Shown here piece by piece: positions 1-12,489 of a stretch of DNA of 64,000 nucleotides (the first letter of the stretch is position 1; each line of letters begins with the position of its first letter). A program made the translations under genes and the position numbers. The stretch is from contig JAUCBJ010009063.1 of the NCBI GenBank assembly GCA_032718475.1, forward strand, positions 1-64,000, given 5' to 3'. The notes beneath the pieces were generated by a model. It saw nothing but the letters and a program-made list of their open reading frames with translations, was not told where the DNA came from and searched no databases. The DNA is from Nemertoderma westbladi. Taxonomy: Eukaryota; Animalia; Xenacoelomorpha.

Positions 1-136
1 CATCTTAAAGGACACTGGCCTTAAAGATGCGGATGATCTACCAAATGTCATGGGTGATAGGGAGTTGTGGCGGTGCAATTTTGTTGACAAGCCGGCACAG
101 CATTCTTAAAAATGCAGCATGCCGATCCTAGTAGTA
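1..136 (+). mobile_element. RTE-clade LINE (family A) 3' end fragment with TAG-repeat tail
   Basis: Encodes ILKDTGLKDADDLPNVMGDRELWRCNFVDKPAQHS*, nearly identical to the C-terminus of ORF 1323..1982(-). Ends in CCTAGTAGTA. Confidence 0.9.
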
Positions 137-1280
137 TGACATGTATTTGACCTAACACCGATAGTGGCACACAGTAACTGATTGTACAGTTTTGGAATGT
201 GATTTAAGTTCCCACCAATCCATGTATCTCCACCATAAGTTAAAGCGGCCACCATGCAACTTAAATACCTTCATCTTTAACCAAAGTGGGCGCTATATTC
301 ATGTTTGGCCAAAAATGAGTAGTATTTCGTAATGTGTCTTTGCTTCTCACTAATATAAGTAATAATAGAGGCATTTAGGCCACCGTAATGGTTAATCGGA
401 GAACCAAGATATATGTATTCCATTCATATACAGGAGCTACAGGAGCTCTATACAAGACTGTAATGCATTTACACTTCGACCCTTCTCCAGTTATCACCGC
501 CTTATTGTGGCCAAGGTAAGACTTAGTCTGCGTGCTAGCAGAACAATGAAATCTGCCTTGCCTCGGCATGACTGGTCCTCTCTGTTGCAACAGCCAAGTG
601 TGAGATCCAGCTTCACACTACAGCTGAGCAACAGGTATGAGGCTCTTGCCTCTGAGGCGGCAGATCACTGTGAGGGCTATACTGCCTTTACAGAAGCAGT
701 TAAGTTAGCAGCTGCAGAAACAGTTCCTGTATACCCTCGAAACAGGAAAAGGGCCCCCTGGACTGACAACAAAATTCAGAAGTGCCGAAATGACCTTCAT
801 AATGCGCAGAAAGAGTCACGACTCAAACAGACTACAGCGGCCAAGAATGCAGTTAAGGCTGCATCTAGGTCCCTGAACAGGCAGTACTCTGTTAATCTAC
901 AGGAGCTAATAAACCAACAGGTTGATGCCATCAATGATGCTGACGACAGCAGGCAATCATCCCAGGCATGGAAATCGATCAATTTACTTACTGGGCGGAA
1001 AAGCCAACCAACCACTAAGGCTGAATCACCAGCCGATCGCCTCAATGGGTGGAAAGCCCACTTTGAAAAGCTCCTCAATAATGACAGGGTATTGCCTGAT
1101 AACTTTATAGAAGTAAAAGTGTCTGAGTCTGTACTCCCAGATATTCCTATTGGCGATATCTCCTTTGCAGAAGTGAAGGCTGCTGCAAAGAGCATTAAGA
1201 CCAATCGTGCCAGTGGAGTAGAAGGTGTTCCCCCTGAGGTCTTTAAAATACCTGAGTGTTTAAAGCTCATCTATCCCATA
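137..1280 (+). mobile_element. RTE-clade LINE family A, 5' portion (end of APE endonuclease, linker, pre-RT region)
   Basis: ORF 507..1394 follows a degenerate SDH motif (HRLIVAKVRLSLR) and has RTE-typical LSNRYEAL, WKAHFEKLLN and ASGVEGVPPEVFK. RTE-derived sequence stops at about 1280. Confidence 0.85.
281..391. mobile_element. Possible small TTAA-flanked MITE inside the RTE endonuclease region
   Basis: TTAA|CCA...TGG|TTAA ends around about 110 bp of non-RTE sequence. The terminal inverted repeats are short and imperfect. Confidence 0.35.
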
Positions 1281-2741
1281 CTACTACTACTAGGATCGGA
1301 TTGCTGCATTGCAGCTGCATTTTTAAGAATGCTGTGCCGGCTTATCGACAAAATTGCACCGCCACAACTCCCTATCACCCATGAGATTTGCTAGATCATC
1401 CGCATCTTCAAGGCCAGTGTCCTTTAAGATGCGTCTCAAGAAAGTCATGGGCTGTCCACCATGCTTATTCACTCCATGAGGCTGCCAAAGTACAAGATTA
1501 TGCACTGGCTGGTCCTCACGGCGAAAACAATGTCCTGCAAAGAGGAGGCGATTTTGTTCTAGTGTCAAGCTTGGGGGAACCAATGAGACACCTCCAATGT
1601 TATATAGTGTCTGGTTGGAGATGTGTGCATTGAACTTGACACAATGAACCCGGCGTAGCATTCTTGTGAATGTGCCGTCCAGAGATTTGGTGTCCTCAGC
1701 AGTTAGAGCCCAGCATGGACTCCCATAGAGGAGTACTGGAACTACTGCTGCTCTAAATAACCGGACCTTAAGTTTCCGATTAATTCTCGGTGACTTCCAA
1801 ATCCTGGAAAGCCTATTCAAGGCTGCCCATGCCTTTCCCTTACGTATTCGAAGGTCCTCACCTGACTTCCGGATCCATGATCCCAGGTAACAGAAGTCAT
1901 CCACATGCTCAAGCATACCATCTTTTGAGCTTATGCTCATCCAATCAGAGACTTGCTGAGGACTTTCAAAGTTAACTGTCAAAATTTTGGTCTTTCTGGA
2001 GTTAATAAAAAGACCAACACTAGAAGCAGCATGTTCTAATTAGCTGAGGAGCCGTTGGGCTCCCTCTAGTGATTCTGAGAGTACTCCTAAGTCATCAGCA
2101 AAGTCTAGATCAGTTAGGTACTTGGCAGGATTTCCTCGACTTCTGGTGCCAGTAGGTGGAGTTATCATCACCCCATCATCATTATGATGATCTAAGGACA
2201 TGCGTAGAACATAGTCAACAACAATTATGAACAAGAATGGTGCAAGTGTGTCTCCCTGGAGGACACCCCATAACACTTCAAATGGTTCTGTGTCACCGTC
2301 AACAGTAGACACAAATGTTGTCGAACCATCGTATACTGATCTGATTGCTGCAATAATTTCATCAGGAATCCCATATAATGAAAGTATGCTGAACATACGT
2401 GAGCGAGAGACTGAATCAAAGGCCTTGAAGAAGTCAACAAAGATAACAGCCAGATGCCTGTCTTTCTTTTTTGATAACTCTTCAATTATCCTTCTAAGTG
2501 CCAAAATGGGCTCCATGGTCCCACGACCTTTACGGAACCCATTCTGATTTCCACGGAGCAGTCTCTCAATGGGATCCCTGATGCGATTTAATAGAATTCT
2601 ATTGTATAGCTTTGCAGCAATCGAGATCAATGAGATTCCCCGAAAAGAACCATAGAGTGTTAGGTCCTTCTTGGGAACTGGCACCAACTTATTTGTTTTC
2701 ATTTCTTGTGGGACTCTTGTTGTACGGTACATGTCTACTAT
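1281..2741 (-). pseudogene. RTE-clade LINE family A, reverse transcriptase to 3' end, one in-frame stop
   Basis: ORFs 2040..2732 and 1323..1982 share a frame separated by a TAA at 2040-2042. Motifs NQNGFRKGR, FVDFFKAFDSV, GVLQGDTLAPFLF, DFADD, YLGSWI, LLYGS. (CTA)4 at 1281-1292 is the (TAG)n tail. Confidence 0.93.
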
Positions 2742-3871
2742 CGATGCTATAAATTCACATTTTCAGGTTTTCGAGGGCGCTGATTCTAATGGAATACATT
2801 TAAATATGCCAGATCATTGCTACTTGTATTTTTGGCGTAATTTGGCAAATTTGCTAGCACCAAATTTCGTACCCATCACCAAAAAGTACAAGTTTGCAAT
2901 GTCCAGTGCTGTTTTTATTGATTCCATCGGATTCAGGACCCTCATAAACCCGTATAACGCAAGAAACAAGGTGATACTATCTACTTATCAATTTGCATAT
3001 TTTCCAAAATTTGGTGCTGGCACAACAATTTTCACCCACCGGCGAAAAATACAAGTTTGAGAACTCTTATGAAATTTTTACTGATTCCATTGAATTCAGA
3101 ACCATCACAAACACGTATAATGCAAGAAACAAGGTGACACAATCAATTGATATATTTTATGGTTTTCAAAATTTGGTGCTAGCACCACATTTTGCACCCA
3201 CATCCGAAAAATACAAGTTTGAGATGTCTAGTTCAATAATTATATTTTCCATTGAATTCAGAACAGCCATAAACCTCTAAAACGCAAGAAATAAATTGTC
3301 ACAAGCAATTTTATCTATTGAATGGATTTTCAAAATTTCGTGCTGGCACTAAAATTTGCACACAGCACCGAAAAATACAAGTTTGATACGCTTGGTGCAA
3401 CTCGTATATATTTCATCGAATCCAGAACCCCAAAAAACCTCAATTGCGTAAAAAACAAGTTTCAAACAATCAATTTACAAAATTGACTTATTTCAAAATT
3501 TGGTGCTGGCACCAAATTTGGCACCCACCGAAAAAAACAAGTTTGAAATTTCTAAATCAATTTATATGAATTCCATCCAATTTCTAACACCAAAAAACCG
3601 GTGTAAATCAAAAATAGAGATGTTACAATTCATATTTATTGAAATGTAATTTTCAAAAAACGTCTCAAAAAAAGTGCCAAAAGTAGGGTTAAAAAATGGT
3701 GCTATAACTCGAAAAGTACCCAATATTTTTAAAAACGCCTCACTACTAGGAAGACAATAGATTTTTAGGAAAAGTCATAAAATTTCAGATTCCCAACTGC
3801 GTTTGTTTCAGAATTATAATAAAAAAACCACGGGGGGGTCATATTGACCCCCCCCCCCGGGTTTAATAGGG
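2742..3871 (+). mobile_element. Right half of a non-autonomous TTAA/piggyBac-like element with about 163-bp internal repeats
   Basis: Highly similar to 33079-34225 and ends in CCGGGTTTAATAGGG. The motif AATTTGGTGCT(A/G)GCAC recurs every 162-164 bp. Confidence 0.85.
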
Positions 3872-5029
3872 TTTTAAGCAACAGAACATCAAATTCTTCC
3901 AGCAAGCAACAATCGCAGTCTGAAGTAATCTAATACAATTGAAGGCCTTTCTATTTCAAATAATGATAGCGAAATACATGAACAAGATCAGCCTATTGAT
4001 CTTAATTTATTATTAATTAATTAATAATAGCCACCAGGGGTCATAAGCTGGAAATGAAATGAATACCGTACCCATCTTCTTTCTTTGACCTTTGGGAAAC
4101 ATTTTAAGCAGAAAAGCTAACATATCAATGTTTTGGAGACACTGGATAAGCAATGGGCAAGCCAAGTCAGCATTCATTATCTATTAATACTTTATATTTA
4201 TTCCTTTATATTTATTACTTTATATTATTTATTTATATATATATATATTTTATTTTATTCTATATATATATATATATATTTATTTATATTATATTCAAAT
4301 TTCGAGAAAATGAGGAGGGAGGGAGACCTTACTGGAACAATAATCGTCATGAATGATAAATATGACGTAAGTAAATCTAGTAACCAGATTATTTTACTGC
4401 TAATCAATTGTGATACTATTGGTGATAATCGAAATGGACGATAATTGAATCAACTCCACATATTTGAGTATTAGTATACTTGTTCAGTATAAAAATTAGT
4501 TTATATAAATGAATATAACTACAGTATTTACATTATACAAACCTGGGACTGATTGGAAATGAGAGACGGATTGACAAGGTTGGAATCGACAAACAAACAA
4601 CAAACACCAATAAAATGTGTCTCGAGTTAAACAACATGTTTCAGATAATTTGCAGTGAGGGTGGATAGTTGTTTACTTTTAGTGTTGTAAACAACAGATT
4701 CGTAATTCACCTGTGTGGAAATAGATTTGTAATCATAATTTGTAATTCTAATTAAATAATATCTTTGAGGTCTACTATATGAAATATATATAATATTAAT
4801 AAAAATATAAATAATTCAAACAAAAAAAACTACAGTGGTGGGGAGCGATTTGAATACAAATTAACATATAATTCTGTTATATTTCAGGTAAACATAAAGG
4901 ACAGAGTGCTGTAGGTTACGCTTACGGTTGATTTAATAAGTTAAAAATATGAAAACAATTCGAAATCAAATAAGATGGAGGTGAGAGATTTGAAAATAGA
5001 TATACATTAACGTTCACTTCTGTTATTTT

Positions 5030-5180
5030 TCAAGTACTCTTATTCCATATGTTTCGCAGTGAATTTACACTAACCCATGCTGCATCGGTAGCACGTAGGA
5101 TGAGTGAAATTCCCGTCGAAACGCTATGTAAATAAGTAAACATTGAACCATTTTATTATATTGACGTGGGGAATAAGAAA
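5030..5180. repeat. Imperfect palindrome GTTTCG...CGAAAC, possible Penelope-like terminal remnant
   Basis: 5047-5083 is roughly the reverse complement of 5088-5127. An outer TCTTATTCC/GGAATAAGA pair is also inverted. Confidence 0.4.
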
Positions 5181-6529
5181 ACTAAAAGAAATATACGTTA
5201 ATCTACACCTGTAAATAAATTGAAAATCAACCGTATAACACTGGAATTTACCAATTATCGGTATATTTTAGCATATTCTTAGTGATTAGAAGCATTTGGT
5301 ACAGGTTTATTATTTGTTAGTTTGACAACATGCGTCCTGTACATGTTAGGCCTACTGTAGCAAAATTCGCCGAGAGAAACAGCAAAACATACAGTATAAA
5401 TTAATTCATTAAAAGACTTCGTTTCTGTATAAACACCATTCTATCGCTTCTCAATTTTAAAGCATTTCTACCTTGTGTTGTGACGTGATTTATGTTGGTT
5501 ATTGGAGTGATTGAATGTCAAATGTGATGTGAATTGATGAATTTGGTAAATACAGTGTGTGTGGGTAATTCATCATTCACTACTGTGCATGCGGTATTTA
5601 TTGCAATCGTGCAGATGCAGCTAGCTCTAAAGGGCAAAGTGCGAATACTGATTTATGTCCATAAACTTTTAAATTTACCCCCCCCCCCCCCCCCCCGACC
5701 TGTATCTTAAGCGCATTGTAGTGTACGACTTCCTATTCACAGTAAATCTGCGACATAAGCTATTGAGATTTATTTCGAATTATCCTTCAAATGTATCCCT
5801 TCTTCTACTGTAAACCGTATAAAGAAAATAATGTTCTTTTAGTTATGGAACCTCATTTACAAAACTTAGGTCTACCCCGCATTGAAAGACAAAGTAATGC
5901 AACGGTTGCCATGAAGACCTTGATGCCTGCCTACCAGGGGGCCTACCACAAAAATAATGTACGAGAAAAAACTTAATATAAATAACATTATATAAATAAT
6001 AACATTACCTAACAAATAAACGTTAGGGCCTCCGCTCCGAGCCAGAGAGGAGTCCCCACTCCCCAGAACAAAAACCTAACTCTTAACAGAGAGACAAACC
6101 AAGCCATGTCAAGCTTTGGTACTGTACATTCAATTATATTTGATGGTCATCACTTAGTGTCAGTTAGTCAGTTCCCTTCCTACCTGTGGCTACTACTGAT
6201 ACTAGGTTAGCGAGCTCGGACAGTAGAAATGAGAAATGAGAAGGAAATGTCGTTGAAACATTCATTATTATCCGTGAAAGTTCAAAGTTGCATCTGGGAA
6301 AAATTAGCAATTCTTTATGAAAGTGTTAAATATTAAAATGGAAAATATTAAAATTAGCGTTGACCCTAACACTGGCATTAGAACTTAAAAACAATTTTAA
6401 TACGAAGGCCTCCTACAAAGTTATGAACTAGGGCCTCCCACAATCTAAATCCGGTCCAGCCTTGATTTAGTAGTACTTTGTACCAGTAGTATTAATCAAA
6501 AAGAGCAGGTGGCTGGTATAAAAGGCTTA

Positions 6530-7030
6530 AGAGAAAGCAGGAAATAAGCAGTGTTGAAAATAACATAAAAAACCCAGAACATCATGGGGCATCGATATAT
6601 TCCATATAGTTCCACCTGAGGTCTTCAGGAATACCAAATATTAAAAGTCTTGCAAATGTATCAAAAGAAAGCCAGGACTCGAGAATTGAAGATATTAGCT
6701 GATTCTAATCCCTAAAAACCTAGAACAGCATGGTATATTATGGGATTATTCTGATCTCAATAGGAATAAAGCTATTCAACCGAATCAGTCATCTGAATTA
6801 CATCAGTGCTCCGATTGCACTAGTAATCTAGAACTCTTGTTGAGTGGCAACCAGAATGATTTCTGTAAAGTTAGAGGTTCTTTGAAGCCAATTCAGGAAT
6901 ATTGAAGACACAGACCGCACATATTTTCATAATACTTCGGGCTTACGGGATTCTATACAATTATACACCATGACCCGTAATATAATGTCATTTTCTGATG
7001 ACACGGACACCCCACCAAATTTTTCTACAA
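6530..7030 (+). pseudogene. Highly degenerate RTE RT fragment
   Basis: Broken frames give VPPEVFR, GIILISIGIKLFNRI and SGNQNDFCKVRG, matching family A RT. Confidence 0.65.
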
Positions 7031-7123
7031 ATCTTTATCATATTGCTTGAAATTTGAAACACAACTAGTTCAACTCACTGTGGTTGTTACCATGAAGCCG
7101 GAATTTTCTATTTCGCCTTTAAA

Positions 7124-7429
7124 TTTTTTTATAAGCGTTTTAAAAAAGTGTCTTTTGCGAAATCGCACCATCCGTATCATTGCCATTCTTCAAACTAGTC
7201 GTAATAGAAAGTATATCAATAGAAAGCTGGCGTTCCAAGGATTCCAAATATGTAACAATATCTTAATTTCATTGAGAAACAGCTGAGATATAGGCGTTTA
7301 AAGATTGCAAGAATTATCGATAGATATCGATAGATATGAAAAAAAATTACGACTAATGTGAAGAATGGCTACGATACAGAGGGTGCGATTTCGCAAAAGA
7401 CACTGTTTTAAAACGCTTATAAAAAAAAA
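7124..7429. mobile_element. MITE-like element with about 65-bp inverted repeats
   Basis: TTATAAGCGTTTTAAAAAAGTGTCTTTTGCGAAATCGCACC near 7129 is mirrored by GGTGCGATTTCGCAAAAGACACTGTTTTAAAACGCTTATAA near 7382-7422. Confidence 0.7.
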
Positions 7430-7942
7430 ATATTATTATTGGTTACATTGACAAATTTAGTACTAAGTAGCCTGTATTAAAAACGATTAATTTGATGTTT
7501 GTTGGTATATATATATCGCTTTATCAAGCATAGACCCTATAATACGAATATAAATTAATTCACTCTTGAAAAAAATTTATAATTAGATTATAATTATTGT
7601 ATTACTATAAAGTTGACTTCATTAACGATTTCCTCACTCTGGAGATAACATGCGAGAAGGCACTCTTAATTATGAATTTGTACCCCCGCAACCCCCGCCC
7701 ACCCCCTAATGATAAAAACACAGTAACTAGAAATATTACTGCTGCATCAATAATAAACAGAAAAAAAAACCAGAGCCTACGGAAAGCCCATCTACACAGC
7801 CTGAATCTTCATTTAGGTCGGAAACTTGCCGGTCGGTAGTTTGAAACAAAGATTTCTTTATTCTTTTTCATTGCCCTATATAGCTGTTTTAATATTAATT
7901 TAAAAAATAATTAGGAGGAATTATAGTATATAATTATATATA

Positions 7943-8160
7943 AATATTTAGTATTTACAAACAGGACATTGCTTTCGCCGTGAGGACTAGCCAGTGCATA
8001 ATCTTGTACTTTGGCATCCTCATGGAGTGAATAAGCATGGTGGATAGCCCATGACTTTCTTGAGACGCATCTTAAAGGACACTGGCCTTGAAGATGCGGA
8101 TGATCTAGCAAATGTCATGGGTGATGGGGAGTTGTGGCGGTGCAATTTTGTAGACAAGCC
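7943..8160 (+). mobile_element. Short RTE-A 3'-end derivative with a non-RTE 5' head
   Basis: Matches the RTE-A 3' end from CAGGACA onward but begins AATATTTAGTATTTACAAAC, the same head as the copy at 47247-47520. Confidence 0.8.
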
Positions 8161-8164
8161 ATTT

Positions 8165-9432
8165 TGTAGAGAATCGCAGGTACTCTCACCAGATGGTGAA
8201 ACTGAGTTCCTCTCAATCCTGACTGGCGTGCTGCAAGGTGACATATCACATCAGTGCCATTACTATTTGTAATTGTACTGGATTACCTAATGACTGAATG
8301 AGGACGCCCATGAAGGGTGAAGATCTGGGATTCACACTTCAAGAATGCAGAAGTAGCAGATATCAGGCACCTATAGTCACAGACAATGACTTTGCGGATG
8401 ACATCACCCTGCTCTTTAATACGCTTAAAGATGTACAGCTTCTACTGACTCAAGTTGAGAGGGCTCTTAAAGGAGGTTGGATTGCATATAAATGCTACCA
8501 ATACCGAATTTATGACTTTTAATGTTGATGGAAACTTTACAAAGATCGATAATGGTTCCACAAAGTTCCACCTTGGTGTAGTGGTTGCATTGAATTCACA
8601 TCTCCCGTAGGTCGTGGGTTCGATCCTCACATGGGCCAGGGTAGTTTTCGTTTCGGCACGAATGCCTTAAAGGGACCAGCCAGGGCGCATCTCTGCCTTG
8701 CATCCTTAAGTGGTAGCTAAATGAGTACTGGAGTTTCCTCTGGGGAGTAAAGTTCTGGGGGGACCGCACTAGAAATAAGTCGTCAGACTTTGTGCGTAAT
8801 CCCTGGCCTAACAGCCGAAGAAAATTTACCTTTACTTTACTTTTGATAAAAATGAACAAAGGAAGGTTGATGACTTCCAGTACTTTGGGTCATGGATACA
8901 GGGTAGTAAAAAAACATAGAAGTTAGGAAAGCATAGACATGGGTAGCTCTATAAAAAATGGATACCATCTGAAAATCCGACCTCTCCAGGCACCTGAAGA
9001 CTAAGTTCTTGCGAGCCATCATAGTGGAAAGTGTACTTTTAAGCGGGGGTTAGATCTGGACACTGATGAAATCACTTGAACAACGAATTGATGGTTGCTA
9101 CACCAGACTACAAAGGGCAGCCCTAAACATCAGTTGGAGACAACACATGACAAAAGCCGAGCTCTATGCTACAAGACCACCTGTATCAACCACCATCCAT
9201 GAACGCAGATTTAGATTCAGTGGGCACTGCTATGCTAGAGAAGTAAAGACAAGGTCATACCAGATCTACGTTTCTGGCAACCAACACATGGAAAGCATAC
9301 CCGTGGATGACTGGCTACTGGCTATAACATATATAGACCAGCTTGAAAGGGATACTGAACGAAATGAATGAAATGAAATTGCGACAACTATGGAGAATCG
9401 GGAAGGCTGGTCGACCTAGTTAGTAGTAGTAA
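8165..9432 (+). pseudogene. RTE-clade LINE family B, 5'-truncated, interrupted by a SINE
   Basis: QVLSPDGETEF..GVLQGD, DFADDITLL and LEQRIDGCYTRL..ALNISWRQH. Ends in TAGTAGTAGTA. Homologous to 39757-40910. Confidence 0.88.
8554..8842 (+). mobile_element. tRNA-derived SINE with a Deu/Nin-like central domain and (TTTAC)n tail
   Basis: A box TGGTGTAGTGG 8574-8584; B box GGTTCGATCC 8617-8626; central GCCTTGCATCCTTAAGTGGTAGCTAAATGAGTACTGG resembles the Deu/Nin core; tail TTTACCTTTACTTTAC. RTE-B resumes afterwards with GATAA duplicated. Confidence 0.85.
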
Positions 9433-9559
9433 ATATATTATGTATTTATTTATATACTTATTATGTGAATTATTTGGCTTTAATATATATATTTAGTAAA
9501 AACCTACCCAGCTTGCTTAATTGTATTTTACATTTTTAAGACAGGTGTCCATCATCTCA

Positions 9560-10170
9560 CGACTTGCTGCCTGTCTTATTTATGCCCTACTAGAGAGAGA
9601 TCGACCAACAATTCTGTGAGACCCTTTCCTCCTGAGGCAAGTCTCAAGACTAGCCTCCATTAATACCCTAACACTGGAATCCCCAAACTGGGGGTGACAA
9701 GTCAAGCCGACTGCCTTGGCCTACAAGATTTGCCATGGCACTGTGGGTGTTCATGAGCACCGAATGAGGACTGTACTGTACAGTCTGACAGTAGTACAGG
9801 AGCTCTCTACAGGACTGTATAGTATTTAGTCTACGCTCAATCACAAGTGATCATCACCTTATTGTAGCCATGGTAATTCACAGGATAATTAAGAAGAGCT
9901 AAGAAATCTTCCTTGCCACAGCATTATTGGTTCACTTTATTGCAACATTCCATTGTGAGATCCGGATTCACTCTGTCACAGCACATCACTGCGGGGGGAG
10001 CTAAGCTATACTGCCACCACAGAGACATTTTAGTACCATTCATGTATACCCAAAAAACAGAAAAAAAAAAATAGATCACAGAATTCTGAAGCGCAGAAAA
10101 GATCTCACAAAGGCACAGAAAGACTCACTGCTCAAGCAGACTATGGCAGCCAAAAATGCAGTTCAGTCCA
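9560..10170 (+). pseudogene. Degenerate RTE family A endonuclease/linker fragment
   Basis: Similar to 430-860, for example ACAGGAGCTCTCTACAGGACTG, GATCATCACCTTATTGTAGCCA and GCCAAAAATGCAGTT. Confidence 0.75.
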
Positions 10171-10615
10171 TGCATAGAAAAAGAAATAGAAAAATAGATT
10201 GAAGTAAACGCTTGAAGAACCATCAATATTTATTGAAAATAAATTTTATTATTTAATCATTACACTAATCTTGCTTCTAACGTCATGTTTTCATTCTCTT
10301 GTCCCTCTTGTAATGGGGAATATGTTGGCGCACTATCCAACACCTGTTTGAATGCATTAGACTGCACCAGGGTATTTAAGCATTTCAAAGTAATTGCATG
10401 GCATTGGTGCTTGTTCTACAATAGCTTGAAATGTATTATATTCGCACTCACTGGCCCATTATCAACAAGCATCATCATTTATTTGGTGCAGGTTTGTGGT
10501 GCTACTTCCCAGTGGATAGTTACTGGTATATCTTTGTTTCATTCTCATTCCTTCTCCCTTTTGGACTTCATACTATAAATGTCATCACTTGGCTTGACCT
10601 CCTGAGAATGCCTAA

Positions 10616-11479
10616 GGGGGGGTATACCCCCCATGAACCTTTTTTTAAAATGGCTGTCAATTAGTGTTAAATGATAATATCGCTATTTTGTCATGGTCAT
10701 CCACTGTATGGAAGGCCAAATAGCCTTTAAAAATAGTAAAATTTAAAAATGTGTAGCCTCCCCCTAGCGGCTGGCGGCGGAATTAAAGATTTCACTAAAA
10801 TTACTACTAGTCCCTCAATTTTGGTCCAAATTTGTTGAAACCAACTTTTTTGGACTCAGCGTGATCGACTGTACAAAGGTTATCAGAAGTTTTAATTAGC
10901 CATGTTTATTTTAATTAATTACTTATCATATTTTTAATTAAAATTGGCTAATTAGAAAAAATGGGAATATTTATAAAAATTCCATAAGATAACTTTTAAA
11001 GAGCTTCCAAAGCTCTTTCGAATGAGCCATAAACGAAGAAAATTGGTTGAAAAATGGCGGAGGAGTAGTAATTTGAAAATGAAAAATGTCCTTCAAAGTT
11101 TAAACAGACCGGCCAAAATTGGCTGTCTGTGTTCTGGTTGGTTAATTATTTCTGGCACAAAGGATGCACACCAACGAGCTAAAATGTTCATTACTGGAGT
11201 TTTCGGGGTCGCTGATTTCATTCAGTTTTAATTTTAGGTGGAATCTAGTCTATCTATCTGTCTGGTTTTCTGTCTTTCTTACAATTTGACGGACAGACCG
11301 TCATACGGAAAAACAGTGATAACTCGAGAACTGAAAGAGGTCTCACTAAGCGATTTTCAGATTTGTAATCCTCATTAAATTCTGCTCTAGGTGAAATAAA
11401 GAAACAATAATTTGAAAATTTTACCTGTGGGGGGGGGGGGGGGGGGGGGGGGGGTATACCCCCCCCCCCCCCCCCCCCC
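10616..11479. mobile_element. Non-autonomous Kolobok-like DNA element with poly-G/poly-C GGGTATACCC termini
   Basis: CTAA|GGGGGGGTATACCCCCC ... GGGGTATACCCCCC...|TTAA. A TTAA-type TSD with RR...YY ends fits Kolobok. Related copies lie at 21568 and 34636. Confidence 0.7.
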
Positions 11480-11679
11480 TTAATTTGATAGGCGAAACTG
11501 ACTGCCGCCAGCCAATCACTGATTGCATAGAACTCACTAGGTCCAGTTGCTATTTAGTTTTTTACATACTATGGTCCTTGCATACCTACCTGCCAGTAAG
11601 GTTTTTTACTTAACTTGCTTGACAAATAATTAAATAATACAAATAATTATCAGTAAATATTGGTAGAATAACCAACAAA

Positions 11680-12065
11680 CTACCAAGATTAAAGCTGAAT
11701 GTCCAGCTGATAGATTGTCTTAATGGTTGGAAGGCCCACTTTGAAACTCTCCTTAATAATGATGTGCTATTAACCCATAGAACACAAAGTGGTACAAACA
11801 GAGCCTGAGTCTGTACTCCCTTATTGATCCCATTGAGAGACTGCTACATGGAAATCAGAATTGGTATCGTAAAGGTTGTGGAGCCATGATCCAATTCTGA
11901 CGATTAGCAGGATAATTGAAGAGTTATCAAAAATGAAAGACAGGCATCTGGCTGTTTGTTATCTTTGTTGACTTCTTCCTTCAAGGCCTTTGATTTAGTC
12001 TCTCAATCATGAATGATGAGTATACTTGCATTATATGGAAGTCCTGAAGAAATTATCACAAGAAT
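11680..12065 (+). pseudogene. Degenerate RTE family A fragment continuing the 9560-10170 copy
   Basis: Matches 1010-1140 (GGTTGGAAGGCCCACTTTGAA) and the RT region (CCCATTGAGAGACTGCT, GACAGGCATCTGGCTGTT). Confidence 0.8.
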
Positions 12066-12334
12066 CCTTAAGGATTACTGTGCATCAGATTCACCATCTG
12101 GTGAGAGTACCTGGGCCTCTATGCCACAATATAACAATCTAATGAAAGCGACAAGTACTTTAGTTAAAATAATCCACTAAGTATGTTAATATATTTAATA
12201 AGATATTTAATTCAATATATATTTATAATAAATATTTTTACAGCTATATTGTGCAATGAAAAATATTTATATATTGACAAGTATAAAAAGGCAGGCGAAA
12301 ATAATATTAATATTAAAAGCTATTATTTCGCCAC

Positions 12335-12470
12335 TTGACAGCCAATTGTGCCTTCAGTCTGTTATCGATGATTATTCCATTAAATTCTCGCCCGACCAAG
12401 TCGGTGTTGGAATCCCAGGTGGAGCTGAGGTAGTGGAACATGCCATGTGCGATTTCGCCAATTCTACATG
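12335..12470 (+). pseudogene. CRE-like non-LTR retrotransposon, RT part 1
   Basis: FSPDQVGVGIPGGAEVVEHAM matches the QxGVGxxGGxExxxHA motif of CRE-type RTs. Confidence 0.75.
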
Positions 12471-12489
12471 TTATTATTCTACATATTCT

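Noticed and set aside
2671-3280. ORFs 2671..3060, 2993..3280 and their copies at 33337..33890
   Set aside because: They lie in the non-coding repeats of the TTAA element, and the frames are not consistently conserved between units.
4290-4730. BTB/kelch-like peptide hints (FEKMRREGDLTGTIIV followed by GTAAGT)
   Set aside because: Too short, with no acceptor site or continuing exons; cannot be supported.
5860-6460. hAT-like MITE (TAGGGCCTCC motifs, TAAATCCGG end)
   Set aside because: Only one putative end was seen, with no matching TIR or TSD.
8570-8640. Functional tRNA gene
   Set aside because: A and B boxes are present but there is no good cloverleaf, and the sequence continues into a SINE body and tail.
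10180-10612. ORFs 10285..10578 and 10431..10664, and a coding-like minus-strand stretch
   Set aside because: No recognisable motif, and the minus-strand reading has multiple stops.
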